Shown: positions 1-12,248 of the stretch, piece by piece
How the letters are laid out: each line of letters opens with the position of its first letter
How positions within the stretch are numbered: the first letter of the stretch is position 1
DNA from: Camelus dromedarius
Taxonomy: Eukaryota
NCBI RefSeq assembly: GCF_036321535.1
Contig: NC_087436.1
Coordinates: 14,818,001 to 14,882,000, forward strand
Length of the DNA: 64,000 bases
Direction of reading: 5' to 3'
Made by a program: the position numbers and the translations under genes
The notes under the pieces: generated by a model
Databases searched by the model: none
Told to the model about the DNA's origin: nothing
What the model saw: the letters and a program-made list of their open reading frames with translations, nothing else

Positions 1-89
1 TGGACATTTATGTTGTTTCCATGTCTTGGCTATTGTAAACAGTGCTGCTATGTACTTGGTGGTGCAGGTGTATTTTTTGCATTAGAGTT
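1..89 (-). mobile_element. LINE-1 3' region fragment (continues off the window edge)
   Basis: tggacattta.gttgtttccatgtcttggctattgtaaa..gtgctgctatg is typical antisense L1 3' sequence. Confidence 0.85.
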
Positions 90-429
90 CCCTCCAGATA
101 TAGCCCATTGCCTTCTGTTCCAGCCAAACTGACTGGGGACAATCACCTACTGACATAACAGCCTGTGCAGGGCTCCCTGCAGGCGGAGGCAGAGAGGGTA
201 GGGTCCTTGCCATGTGACTTGAGGAATCTCGGAGAGCCCCCATTGGGTCCCATTCCCCATTTGCTTGGATTAGAGGCCAGATTCCTATCACTGAGTCCTG
301 CTTACATCCACACTTTCTTTTCCTTTCTTCTTTCTTCTCTGGATATCAGGATGAAATGGAACACTCTTATCTCCCTACTAATTGCCAATCCTTTGAGGGA
401 GAAGGGGAATGTGAAAGAAACCATGTACT

Positions 430-600
430 AAATGCTTATTTATTAAGTGTTAGACAAAGAGCTGGGCACTTACCTCTGGTATTTCCTATAATCCTGTCAG
501 ATGTAGGTGATTTTAAAATTCCTGTGAAGTGAAGTAATTTTTTAAAAATCCCATTTTACAAAGGAGGAAATTGAGGTTGGGAAGTTCACTAACTTGTGGG
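430..600 (-). mobile_element. MIR SINE
   Basis: cccattttacaaaggaggaaattgagg core. Confidence 0.6.
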
Positions 601-1303
601 TCTATAGATCTTGGAGTATCTTTGGCTGCAAATTAAGAGAAAACTAAGCTTAACATGTTTCAAACAACAAAAAGGATTCTTGGGCTAAGTAACTTGGTGA
701 ATACTGAGACACAGCGGATTTCAGGGACAGTTCTATCAGGGTTTCGGTTCTGTGTCTCTACATCCTCCATGTGGTACTGGTTTCACCACGGACTGGCTAC
801 CCTCCTAGCAATAAAAAAGGCTGTCAGGCCTCATCCCTGCATAACACACCCATCAGGGTGAGACAGGCTCCCGTCTTCCCGACTAAGAGCCAAGTCCCGC
901 AGTTCCCTGGGACTGGACGCGAAGGCCATGGGGCGAGGGGCTCAGGCCCATCCTTTAACCGTGGCTCACAGATGAAATTATACCACGGGGCTGGGCTGTG
1001 GTTAATCTTACCCAAACCACAAGGCTGCTACAAAATTAAATAACTGTTATAAGCAGAGAAGGCTGTTCATCAGATTGCCACAGGAAAATGACTTGAAGGA
1101 ATTAGATGTCCCAGGGGTCTCCCTGCTTATCCTTCCGCAGAGCGGAAGGGCTGGGACAGGTGAAGAGCTCCTCCCCCACCCAGCCTGGGGTGACCTGGCC
1201 TGGGTGACCTGGCCAGTGAGTTGAGCAGAGGGAAGGAAGTGTTGGTGATCATTTCTGGTTTAGGGAAAAACAAAAGGGAAGATGGTGGTAAAGAGACAAG
1301 TAG

Positions 1304-1453
1304 TGGGGGAGGCCATAGCTCAGGGGCAGAGCACACGCTTAGCATGCGCAGGGTCCTGGCTTCAATCCCTACACCACCACTTTAAAAAAAAAAAAAAAAA
1401 AAGACCTAAGAAAATAATAAAATGCTGTTGGGTTCATTAAAAAAAAAAAAAAA
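1304..1453 (+). mobile_element. tRNA-derived SINE (camelid vic-1-like)
   Basis: A box tagctcagggg, B box ggcttcaatccc, A-rich tail, TSD aaagag(a/c)caagt. Confidence 0.85.
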
Positions 1454-2194
1454 GAGCCAAGTGGAGAACTTTTGCCTTCCACCTGCAAAATATCAAGGGA
1501 GACTATTACAAAGAGAGAGACTTTGTTTTGTTTGCCCTGTGCTCTTTCCATTAACATTTGCTAGAGAGATGGGGTAAAGAATTGAAGTATTAGTAATTAA
1601 TTTAAATTGTTGGGTTGTGTTTCTCCAAACGTGACACTAAACTAAGAATGAACTGTTAGGTGGTTAGATAAGTGGGGGCACCGGGCAGATAAGGTGGAGG
1701 AGAGGGAGGCTGGTCTGGAAGGCGGAGTTGTGACCACCTGCAGTGCAAAGGGGCTTTACTGCTAAATGAGAGCCAGCAAGAAACTGGTTAGAATCCAACA
1801 GTGCAACCGCATGGTAGAGACAAGGACGTAAGCAGACATGACCCAGTGCTCATTGTAATTTGACTGATGCGGTTTAGACACCCTCCATGGGTTCTTCTGT
1901 GTGCATCATGGGTAAGGACAAAAGGGGACAAACATGACTGAGCGCTCCAAGGGCAAAAGCTGTCAATCAATCAATAGACCACCTCTAAGTGAAGGTATAA
2001 GAGAAGGGGGCAAACAAAGACCACTGCTTTTCCTGCCCTGGATCAGCCCGCCTCTCATTCTTGGAGGTGTGTTTTCCCTTTGCTAATAAATCCTTTAAAA
2101 TCTTCTCTACACAATGCTGCTTCCCATCTGAATTCTTATCTTTTGGGTTAAGACAAGAACTGGGGTCTTTCCCCTTCCCCTTCTTGGGTAACAG

Positions 2195-2274
2195 AACCAC
2201 GCGAGGCTCCGGGTTTTATTCAGGGAATAATATAACTGTTTGAAGCAAGATATAATCAAGATTTTCAGGATTTG
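2195..2274 (+). pseudogene. pseudo-exon (phase 1->0): PREAPGFIQGII*LFEARYNQDFQDL
   Basis: Pyrimidine tract + acag acceptor; gtacct donor; TAA at 2233-2235. Confidence 0.65.
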
Positions 2275-2808
2275 GTACCTCCAGGGAGGAAGGGAAGGCA
2301 GATCCGGGGTGGAATGGAGGAGAAAACAACAGAGATCTTGCCCCAACAAGAGAAGGGAGTGGCAGGGATGCTGCTGCTGGTGTGGCCTGAACTGGGGAGA
2401 GGGCTGCTGGTTTACCTGCACCTGCGTCCCACAAGGAAGAAGGGCAGGAGATGGTCTTTGCAGACTCCATGCAGTGCCCAGGGCCAGGCCAAGGAATCAC
2501 TGTGAGCACTGGCTGACCTTTCTCTGTCTCCCTGCTTTGGGTGCTCTGGAAGGGGCTCAGGGAGCTGCCCTAGCAGGCGCAGAGGGGCCGAGGACCGGTG
2601 GCTGAGGGTTGGTGGGGGAAATGGGGAGGCGGAGGGATGGGGGAATGGGTCGGGGTGGAGCAGGCCAGGCCCAGCCCACTAGCTAAGCAAGCAACCAGCC
2701 AGCTCCTTTCCTGGTTCTCGGCTGGGTTTCCTCATCTACAAATGAGGGACTCGATCTGAAATCCCTTTCAGATCCGAAACTCCTGTATCCTCCCTCCCTG
2801 TCCGCTAG

Positions 2809-2983
2809 GAGAAAGGGTCCCAGCACATCGGAGGACTGGTGTTGCGTCCCTCTTCTCTCACCTCTGAGCCTCTCCCAACCTTGGAATCAGGCTCCACATT
2901 TGCTTTCAGAGCCATGAAAAGGCAGATCCTGCAGTGACTCCTACACCAGTTGATGTGGGAATTACAGAAACGTTGTCGTAGAA
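2809..2983 (+). pseudogene. pseudo-exon (0->1): EKGSQHIGGLVLRPSSLTSEPLPTLESGSTFAFRAMKRQILQ*LLHQLMWELQKRCRR
   Basis: tccctccctgtccgctag acceptor; weak gttaaa donor; TGA at 2935-2937; phase fits both neighbours. Confidence 0.7.
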
Positions 2984-3096
2984 GTTAAACTAAGTTTTCA
3001 GTGTTGCTTGTGTGAGTCTGTATGACTTGTGAAGCCATAAAAATTTGTTTTTCTCCTAAAGAAGGAGTTAGGTTCAGGGACCAAGATGAACCATGC

Positions 3097-3098
<2 letters not shown>

Positions 3099-3130
<32 letters not shown>

Positions 3131-3185
3131 ATGCGTATGTGTATATGTATGTGTATGTGTATGTATATGTATGTATTGAGTGTGT
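3099..3185. repeat. (TG)n / (TATG)n microsatellite
   Basis: Seen directly. Confidence 0.95.
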
Positions 3186-3369
3186 AGTGGAAACGTATAT
3201 GATTGACGCAATTTTCCTTTCAGTAGTGGACTGATTTCCACGTCTAGCCAGGAACACTCAATCAATCAATACAGTTGACAGCTACCACTGTTGTCATGTT
3301 TTAAGCCGTTTCTCCTTTTATTCACACTCTTGTGTATTTCTTCCGTGTTTGACAACCTCTTTTTCTCAG

Positions 3370-3434
3370 TAATAAAGGACCACTTCTCGTCCTCTGAAAT
3401 TACTTATTTTGTTCCCATTGCAATTACAATGCAG
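3370..3434 (+). pseudogene. pseudo-exon (1->0): IKDHFSSSEITYFVPIAITMQ
   Basis: ctctttttctcag acceptor; cag|gtatga donor; no stop in this frame. Confidence 0.8.
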
Positions 3435-4024
3435 GTATGAACTATTTATGGATTTGCCCAAGTAAAAGAGTTGGAGGCACATGACTTGCAGAGTCAAAAT
3501 GTGTTGGAGAGATTCTGAAACTGGAAGGGGCAAGAGCCCGGTTTCTGTGGGAGCTGATAAGGTTCTGTCTCCCGATTAGGAAGCTGGTTACCCAGGTATG
3601 CTCGGTCTGAAGAAAATTCCTCAACCTGTAGCCTTTAGTGCACTTTTCTGTATGTATATTGTATTTCAGCAAAAATTTTCTTTTTAAATAAGTCCTGGAA
3701 GTCACCAAGAACTCACATCTTTGTGGCGATGTTGAGGGGTTCATAGTCATTAATGGACTTGGATCCCTACTGGTCAAATCAAATCTCAGATTCAGATAAT
3801 TAGATTCTTGGGAGAGACCTTAGAAATAATTTAATTCCATTCCTAATTTACAGCTGAGGCAACCCGGGCTTAGAGGGGGAGGGGCTCGGCCTCGCCCACA
3901 CAGTGAGAGCCCACGCGGGGCTCAGAGACCACATTGCTGTAGATCCAATACCGCTACAGGGGGAAAGGGCTAAGCTTTGGAGACAAATATTATACATACT
4001 CTCATAATTCTCTGGTGGTTTCAG

Positions 4025-4110
4025 TTTAAACTGAGGAATTATCAGTCTTGTACATCACCTGCTATCCCTTAGCCATCTGCAGCAAAATTAGTTGAAATCT
4101 GCATCGAAAG
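4025..4110 (+). pseudogene. pseudo-exon (0->2): FKLRNYQSCTSPAIP*PSAAKLVEICIE
   Basis: gtttcag acceptor; aag|gtaggt donor; TAG at 4070-4072. Confidence 0.8.
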
Positions 4111-4888
4111 GTAGGTTCTGAGGGTTCTTACTTCCTAAGTCAAAAGATCATTGGCATTAAAGCTGGGAAGGAGATCATTTACCCATCAATGAAATGTGCT
4201 GTTTACATATAGGAGTATTTTTTTTAAGTTGGGGATGAAGACAGTTTTGCCGTTAGAGACGTACAATGAGGCCAAGACCGTTTCTGCTGCCCACCGTCCT
4301 CCTCCCTGTGGGGCCTGAGATGCTAGGAGGCATGGCTGCCTGGCTGATGGAGCCTGGGAGGCAGGTAGCAATGGTGCCTGGAAGAGGGGGAGGGAGGAGA
4401 GGGTCGTGGATGCCTGGAAAGCCCTCCTCACTTCTCTGCTGCCTGTCAGCCGTGTCTTCAACCCCTAAAGTGGGGGCCAGCACCCCTAATCAGGGGAGGA
4501 CTGCATGCACTTCATTACATAGGTCTCATCAGTCTGCAGAGGCGGGAGCTCACTGCGGCAAACTCGCTTTTTACTTAGGATTTCTTGCCACCTGTTCTGC
4601 TTGGAAGAGGCACACAGAGTCTATACTGTGAGTCATTTGGGCAGTGGACTGGAAACTCAGAATCGAAAACTGTGGCTGCCAGTGTCAGGGTGGGAAGTGC
4701 TGCGGTGGTCATTTCAAAGGAATAAAGTGGGTTTTGGGAAGCCGGTCAGGTGGGGAGGACAGAAGCGGGGAGAGGGAGATGAAAGAGAAACAGAAAGCAC
4801 GAGAAACAATGGGTCAAGTAGGGCGTTGTTCCTAATGTTTGTGAACAAAGGGCAGAGACTGAAGCAGGGCCAGGGCTGAATTCCACAG

Positions 4889-5102
4889 GCAAAGAAAAGA
4901 CTTTGAGCAAGGATTAAAACAGGCAGAGAAACTCATAACCTCTGCTTGTTGTACCAGGATGAGAAGCTTATACGCAGTTATTAGTTTCCACCATTGTAAT
5001 TGCCTCTGGCGGCGTGTACAGTAGGAAATATCCAAAAACAGGAAAACCCTCCCCTCAGGTCCTCTCCTGACAACCTGGGCCTGTCCAGGAAGGTGACATA
5101 AG
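4889..5102 (+). pseudogene. pseudo-exon (2->0): QRKDFEQGLKQAEKLITSACCTRMRSLYAVISFHHCNCLWRRVQ*EISKNRKTLPSGPLLTTWACPGR*HK
   Basis: ttccacag acceptor; aag|gtgaac donor (alternative donor after 5092); stops at 5022 and 5094. Confidence 0.7.
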
Positions 5103-5459
5103 GTGAACAATTCACCTTGCTCGGCCTCCTGGAAGGCAGGCAGTCAGATAAGGTGGTCCAGGGATCATCGCAAAAAGCCTCCACTTTCTTGTCACTGTTG
5201 GGACTCAAAACCTTTTCAGAAGCAGGGCCCAGCCAGGCTCCAGAAGTGCACAGTGGTCATTGTTTCGGGAATCCTGCCTCCCAGCCCATCACGAGGCAGA
5301 AAAGTGACCTTGCTTCTGCTCCATCCCATTAAAGCTCTAGTGAGGTCCGGCCCTGCCTCCCCATCGCGGGGCAGCCGCTCCCCCCGCCCTTTCCTGCCCC
5401 ACTACCTTGCCCCTCCCCTCTTCCTCCTTAAACTCTTTCTCTCTTTTTTCCTGGCCTAG

Positions 5460-5507
5460 CGGGAGGAGCTAGAGAAGCTGCTGGAAGTTTGGGATTTGGA
5501 CACTGAG
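5460..5507 (+). pseudogene. pseudo-exon (0->0): REELEKLLEVWDLDTE
   Basis: Long pyrimidine tract + ctag acceptor; gag|gcgaga (GC donor or mutated GT). Confidence 0.7.
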
Positions 5508-5630
5508 GCGAGACCACCTTTCCAGGGGTGACAGAGAACAGAAGTGGAGAGCCAGGCATCACATTGCCCCATTGCAGCCCCCTGCTCCGGGTACCGCCTG
5601 ACTCAGCTCTGGCTCACCTCTGGTCCTTAG

Positions 5631-5889
5631 GGAATGGCGGTGGTGGGTGCAGGCCACAGATCGTTGTTAAAACCAAAAAGCTGGTGCTCAATTCTCATTC
5701 CTTCTGGCCACTCCTGCTTTCTAGATTTAACCCCCCAAAATTCAGTCAATGTGAGACCCTGTGGCCTGGGGAGGGCGAGCTGCTGGGAGGCCACTGTGCA
5801 GATTTTCACTCTTACCTACACCATCTTGACATGACTATTTATGGTCAAATCTCCATGATCCATGATTGGATGTCCTCCTTTCCAAGAAC
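5631..5889 (+). pseudogene. pseudo-exon with frameshift: GMAVVGAGHRSLLKPKSWCSILIPSG...//...DFHSYLHHLDMTIYGQISMIHDWMSSFPR
   Basis: tccttag acceptor; ctgagt at 5890 looks like a GT->CT mutated donor whose phase (2) fits the next exon; alternative internal donor gtgaga at 5751. Confidence 0.6.
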
Positions 5890-6077
5890 CTGAGTCACAG
5901 GGAAGGAAGGGGTGTGTGTGTGTGTGTGTGAGGTTGTTTGCGATGTATGTGATGTCTGACCACACTTCTAAACGCAGCATGGTTTTGGTCATCCATTCAA
6001 ATGTTTACTGAGTTCTTACCTTGTGTGGGGCGCTGCCCTAAAACTTATGAACCAGAGGTGAGGAAAAGAGTTAATTT

Positions 6078-6203
6078 GGTGGGGGAGGAGGTAATTAGGT
6101 TTATTTATTTATTTAAAAAAATTTTAATGGAAGTACTGGGGATTGAACCCAGGACTTCGTGCATACTAAGCATGCTTTCTACCACTGAGCTATACCCTCG
6201 CCT
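6078..6203 (-). mobile_element. tRNA-derived SINE (camelid vic-1-like)
   Basis: gtactggggattgaacccaggac...accactgagctatacc; TSD aagagttaattt. Confidence 0.9.
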
Positions 6204-6441
6204 ACAGAAGAGTTAATTTTGGACTCCATAGAGTTTATATTCTAGTTGGAGAGAGAGAAAAAATGTTAGGTACTGTTAAAAACTAAGGCACAAGTTCTAC
6301 TAAGGAAATACAGCGGTGGTGGGGAGGAGGGCAGGTGGGCAGTGCTCGGTTAAGGGTGCTCAGGGAGGCCTCACGGACAGCACCGGAGTTAGGGAAGCTG
6401 CTGGGTTGCAATATTTTCACCTCTGCTTCTCCTTCACTGAG

Positions 6442-6912
6442 TGTGTGTGTGGATGATGGAGATAAAGGCAATAGCCCAAAGCCTGGCCTTCATCTATTTG
6501 TATCTCCAAAATAAGACACGATTCCTCTCAAATCCCCAAATCACAAAGGCGCAGGCCCTATCTGTCAAATCAAGAGAAACCTCAGACTTTTCCTGAGCTC
6601 CCTTCGCAAAATATTCCTGAGAATCACCGGGATGGATTAGACTTGTCCATCACTCAGTCCCTATTTTGCCTGCCTGCTGCCACCTGCCAAGAGGGGCACC
6701 CAGTACTGGTCCCTGGCGGCTGGGGATGTCCACCCTGCTTGGCCTTTGTCCTGGACCAGCAGGCTGCCGGCTCTGATGGTCAGGAGACGCCCTGGCGGAC
6801 CCGGATTCCTGTTCCTGTCCAGCTCGCTCCTTTGTTATGGCTCCCGGTCTTTGCCCATGTTCCCCAGTCCAGCACATCTCTCCAACTTAAAAGGATGGGT
6901 CACCTTCCTTAA
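6442..6912 (+). pseudogene. pseudo-exon: VCVDDGDKGNSPKPGLHLFVSPK*DTIPLK...QIKRNLRLFLSSLRKIFLRITGMD*TCPSLSPYFACLLPP...KGWVTFL
   Basis: Pyrimidine tract ending in weak ctgag; only 2 stops in ~155 codons (6512, 6638); 3' boundary uncertain because the next intron would be only 47 nt. Confidence 0.55.
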
Positions 6913-6959
6913 GTAAACTTTCTCTCAGGTCTGCATTTTTTTTTTTTTTTTTTTTGCAG

Positions 6960-7029
6960 TTTGGTTTCATTTGGGAATGTAGTTTATCCAACATAGTCAT
7001 GTATCTGGGAGCCTCTTCTCCAGCCCCCT
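6960..7029 (+). pseudogene. pseudo-exon: LVSFGNVVYPT*SCIWEPLLQPP
   Basis: Poly-T + gcag acceptor; gtaagt donor; frame inferred. Confidence 0.7.
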
Positions 7030-9050
7030 GTAAGTTTGTGAGTGAAGACACAGCCCACCTCCATCTGGCAGCATCAGAGACCCAAATGCAGATGAGCAAG
7101 TTCCCTGACACAGACACAGGCAGAGTTTTGTTTGGATTGTGACTATAAGGGGAAGCAATGGAATTGATTTCCATACATTACCGGCGAAAAATCCGTTTTG
7201 TTAACATTTGAAATAGTTGAATAAAACACAAAAGAACCCACCACTCAAATTTAACAAATGGTTAACGTTTTACTACTCAGCTTAAGATCTTTTTTAAAGC
7301 AATAAAAACCTGATATCCCAGGGCAGGGGAAGACCCACCTCCTGATGGGTGGGTAGCTTGTGTGCGCAGAGAGACAGGACATTCATGGCAGCCATCTTGG
7401 GGGAAAGGCTACCTCACCGTGTCTCTTAACTCCTCTTTGATGATCAGTGTTCCTTTGTTTCTCTGTGTTGTATTCTGGATGATTTCTGCAGGAATATCCT
7501 TCCACTCACTAAATATCTTGGTGACTACATCCAACCCAAATTTTATTGCATCTACTAATTGTTTAAAATATTTTAATGACCTTTTAAGAAATTTTTGAGA
7601 TTTCTAATTGGTTCTTTTCCCCATCCATCTGTTCTTATTAGAGTATTGGCTGTTTCTGTTGAATGATTCCTTATTTGTTTTTACAGATTTTTAAAATTTA
7701 TTTCTTTTAATATCCTAAGCATAACTTTTTGGAACTAAGAAAAAAATCCACGAATCTGAGAGATATTTGTGTGCTCAGGTTGATAGGATTTGCTGATATT
7801 TTGGTTGTGATGAGGAGGTAGGACTATGAAGGATAGCTTCTAGGTTTTATGACTTTTTTTGGTGGATATAGGAAATGGGGGAAAATACCAGGCTTGCAGA
7901 AGAAAATTATGAGTTCCAGTTTGAAGTCCTACTAAGGTTGGACAGAACATAATCATTGATGTTAATTCTGAATATGGAATAGGAGAAATAGAACTAGTCC
8001 ATAGTGATAAATTTTAGTTCTTGATCCAAGGATTATTCAATAGCTATAGTCTTAAGCTCTACTTTCATTTAATTATGAGCTTAAAATTGTAATTCTCCTA
8101 TGGGCAAGTGAATAAATGTACTCAGCAACTTTTATGCTACTTTACTAATAAATTTGCCATTATTTACTTCTCAATATTTAATATTTCAATCACAGATCAT
8201 TGATTCTTGATCCAAATCCCTGCTCCAGAAGTCAGGTCACATGACTAGGAATGGAAATGAGGGAAGTAATGGAGAGTGTGACAGTTGAGATGAACACCAG
8301 ATCCTAATGCATTTCTTCTGGTCCCTGGTCACCCAGCACTTCCTTTCTCTGAATGTCTGAACATATTTCTCACCTTTGAGTTGCTGTCCTCCTTGTCTCT
8401 GCCACTGATCTCCCTGCCTGTTCTGGCCCAGATGGGAATCTGGAGGTCATGGTCTGACCTCTGATAGAGTGGTGGAGGGGAGGGGATGCTGCAGACTGGT
8501 GGTGAAGCAAGCTCTCTTGAATGATCAGCACATTCAAGATGCATCCTTCTGGAGTGTGTGTGTGTTGGGGGCATGTTTGAAAAACCATTGCATGAGAGAT
8601 TAGCACATCTAATCTCAGTCCTCTAGGCTAATGGCAATATAATTGAGGCCCAGAAGCTTCATCTTAAGTTAAGGAAGTGACATGATGCTTCTTCAAAAGC
8701 ACTTGGTAAATATTCACAGAATGAATGAATGGAGAAGCAGACCTGCAGAGATTAAGTGACAGTGTAACAACAGCAGCAAACCCGAAGAGCAGTGACTGTC
8801 CAAAGTGTCTTATGAACCCGATATTTGTGGGTCTTCGCCACAACCTCATGAAGTAGGAACTTTCTCATCTCCATTTTCAGATGGGATCCTGAGATACGAG
8901 GGGTTTCACAGCTCTAAGCGGCAGAGCTGGGACTCATTCCTCTACAGTCTAGTGCCAACCTTTAGCACTACTAGACTGCCTTCTCCATCTAGAATCTGCC
9001 CAGGTCCATCAAACTTAGTCTGTGACATCAGACTATGTGCTCCTAGCCAC

Positions 9051-9355
9051 TGCTATGATCTGAATGTTGGTGTCCCCCTAAAATTCCTATGTTGCAACCT
9101 GACCCCCAGTGTGATGGCAGTAGGAAGTAGGTCTTTTGGGAGGTCGTAGGTCAGAGGGTGGAGCCTTCATGAGTGGGATTAGTGCCCTTGTAAAAAAGAC
9201 CACAGAGAGTCTCCCTCACCCCTTCTGCCCTGTGAGGACACCGTGAAAAGGTGCCGTCTGTGAACCAGAAAGTGGGCTTTCACACCAGTGCCTTGAACTT
9301 GGACTTTGCAGCTTCCAGAACTATTGTTTATAAGCCACCCAGTCTATGGTGATTT
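9051..9355 (+). mobile_element. MaLR LTR (MLT1A-like)
   Basis: tgctatgatctgaatgttggtgtccccc...gtgggattagtgccctt...tttataagccacccagtctatggt. Confidence 0.8.
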
Positions 9356-9579
9356 GGGGAAACTTTTTGTGTTATTTCTTTAATAATTTCTCCCCTTCCT
9401 GTTTTTCTCTTTTCTCCTTTTGGAACTCCTGCTCTTTGTATGTTGGACCTCTTGATTAATATTCACAGTTTCTTAGCTTTCTCTGCAATTTTCTATCTCC
9501 TTTGTTCTACTTCCTGGAAGAGCTCCTCAACTCTATCATCAGTCCTTTCTATTGAAATAAGAGTCTGTAGAAGTTCTCA

Positions 9580-9918
9580 CAAAGATCATATGCTATCACT
9601 TATTTATGAAATCTAAAAAATAATTGACTCAAGTGAATTTATTTACAAAACAGAAAGAGACTCATAGAAAACAAACTATGGTAACTGGGGGGAAAGTGGG
9701 GAGGGAGGGATAAATTGGGAGTTTGGGATTGACTGATACAAACTTCCATGTACAGAATAGATAAACAACAAGATTCTGCTGTACAGCACAGGGAACTATC
9801 AATGGCCTGTAGTAACCTGCAATGAAAAAGAATATATATTTATAAGTTTTGTGTATATATAAAACTGAATCACTATGCTGTACACCAGAAACTAATACAA
9901 CATTGTTTAAAAAAAAGA
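9580..9918 (+). mobile_element. LINE-1 3' end
   Basis: gggataaattgggagtttgggatt...acagcacagggaactat...tgtacaccagaaactaatacaacattgt + A tail. Confidence 0.85.
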
Positions 9919-10683
9919 TTTGTAGATGTTTTTTTTTGAGTACTTTCATTTCTTCAGACACCAATCCTCTAACGCCTGATCTGGGAGTTAGAGTCAGAGT
10001 GGTGACAACTCTGGAAGCTAGAATTATAGGACCTAAGCAAAGTGAGGGGTTATGGGGGAGGGAAAAGGAACTCACTTAAACCAGGGGGCTTTCAAGAAGT
10101 TTTTCAGCTAAGTTTGGTGTCCCAAAGGCCAGACCCTTTTGATTCAAATCTTTCCAGAGAGAAACCCTCCAGTCTTCCAGGATAGAGGAATGATAGCCTT
10201 CTGACGGAGTATGTTGGGGAAAGGAAGCTGGGTCTAATTATTATATAGATTTTTAACCAATCTTCTAGTTTTTGGCTTTCTCCCTCACCCCTGCCTTCAC
10301 ATGTGTGTTGTGCCTCCAGCCTCTGAGGTTTTCCAGGGGCCTGCACACATGTAAACTTTCTTCTTCCCCAACCTTCCTCACTCTTCTCCAGGAACCTAGC
10401 GAAGAGTGAAAGCTGAGGCCTAAGTGGTTCATGCTTCTCAAAATTCTTTAACCTGTTAAATTATGTCATTTTGAAGAATATATTTAACACATATGTGTAT
10501 TAAAACCATACTAATGCAATGAAAACCCATGAATTTACCACCCAAATGAAAAAAGCAGGAGATTATTAACACTGGTGAATTTCTTCTGTTTCCTGGATCA
10601 GCAGATTCATGCTTTTCATTAATATTTTTTCAATAACATTTGCATTTTCTCTGTTCTCTCTGTTTTGTACTGTGAGATTTTAT

Positions 10684-11329
10684 TGATACAGGAAAAAAAT
10701 GTGGGGTGAGAGGATGGCCGTGTTCCAGGTCTTGGTTGAGTCTGTGGGACACTCCCCCCAATCAAGTGAGGGTCCTTGGCTTCACTTCGGAAATAATTCA
10801 AGAGTGAGCCACAGTTGAGTAAAGGTAGATCTATTCAGAAAGATACACACTCTATAGACAGAGCGCAGGCTGTTTCGGAAGGCAAGAGAAAGGCCATGAG
10901 GTGTGGGAGATGGGTGTTCAGTTTAAAGTAAAAGTAGTTACACACTCCATAAACAGAATGCGGTCCATCTCACTCAGAATGGAGCCTGGCCACGAGGTGT
11001 GGGGGTTGTTAGTTCTATGAGCTCAGTACTTCATATGCTAACAAGTGGGAGGATTATTCCAACTACTTAGGGGAAGGGGCAGGGATTGCCAGGAATTGGA
11101 ACACTGACCTTTTATGGTCAGCCTCAGAACTGTCATGGCACCCATGGGAGTGTCATTTACCATGCTAATATATTATAATGAGTGTATAATGAAGCTCAAG
11201 GTCTACTGGAAGTCAAATCTCCTGCCATCTTGGGCCTCAAGACCTACTGGGAGCTGAATCTTCCAGCATCTTGGTGTTAATTGCTGTATCATTTCTTGAA
11301 TGGCTGTGCTCTGCTCTCTTCCTGTCTCA
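10684..11329 (-). mobile_element. ERV solo LTR, copy 1
   Basis: TG...CA ends (tgatacagg...cctgtctca); colinear with 15153-15772. Confidence 0.85.
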
Positions 11330-11777
11330 CTGTCACACCTTCTCACCTTATCTTCTACTTTTCGTAACCTCTCCTCATGTTTCCCATCTCCTTGTCTCTT
11401 CCGTGCACGTAATTTACTAGGATCCCAGTGTGTTTTGGCATTAGAGTTTGTCAGAATGTCTGGCCTGTCATACTGCTGGAGAAGGAAGTCCCAAATCCCA
11501 TCCCGATGATTTCTTTCTTGTAATGGTTCATGGACAGTACTGGTCGGCTGTCATTGATGTTTCTGGTTTTTTGCTTTTGTGATTTGAAACATCTTCAATT
11601 CCTTTTCTGTCATTTTAGAGGGGTTCTAAGAGAAATCTGAGATAATCACTCTTGTTCCATCTAAATTGAAGTTGGTTAGGATTCTTTTTGTAGAATCGTG
11701 TGGCCCTGCACCGGGAGATCTAACATTCTCTGAGAAAGGAAAGAAGTCTACAATGTAGTCATTTAATTTCGTTTTTG

Positions 11778-11830
11778 CTTCGGTGACATTATTGGGACAA
11801 ATTCCTTCGGTGACATTATTGGGACAAATT
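11778..11830. repeat. Perfect tandem duplication (26-bp unit, period 27)
   Basis: cttcggtgacattattgggacaaatt at 11778-11803 and 11805-11830. Confidence 0.95.
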
Positions 11831-11857
11831 ACAAGTGTTTTTTAACATCATCTCTAG

Positions 11858-12102
11858 TGAACCATCCTGTGGATGGAAGGATTCATTCTGAGACTTATCT
11901 AGATGGAAACCTTCACCTTGAAAATACATGTGTTCATTTCCAAACAAAACTTTTAGAGAAGATGTATCAGTCATCTTGATTAAAGAACTGAACAGCTTGA
12001 GCTGCTTTGGAGATGAGGAAAGACCAAAAGATTCACATCAATCCCCTTGTTCTCCTTGTCCTTGAAGAAAGATTGTCTTGAAATGATCGCTTCTTAATTT
12101 GG
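11858..12102 (+). pseudogene. pseudo-exon: ...KYMCSFPNKTFREDVSVILIKELNSLSCFGDEERPKDSHQSPCSPCP*RKIVLK*SLLNL
   Basis: Acceptor at 11857 (catctctag) or 11956 (cttttag); donor gtgact; phase-1 end fits the next exon. Confidence 0.55.
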
Positions 12103-12248
12103 GTGACTAGAAAATCACCCCACCCGTGCATAATCACTGCTGTATAACTACTAGTTAATGATATAATTTATGGATTTCACAACTTCTTTAAACTGAATGT
12201 ATTTTTGTAAGCCTAAATCCTGGGTATGTGAAGCATGAAATATTTCAG

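Noticed and set aside
6283..6440. Extending the PAZ-like frame upstream (ELGKLLGCNIFTSASP)
   Set aside because: The region looks like L2-derived intron plus a pyrimidine tract, so the similarity is probably chance.
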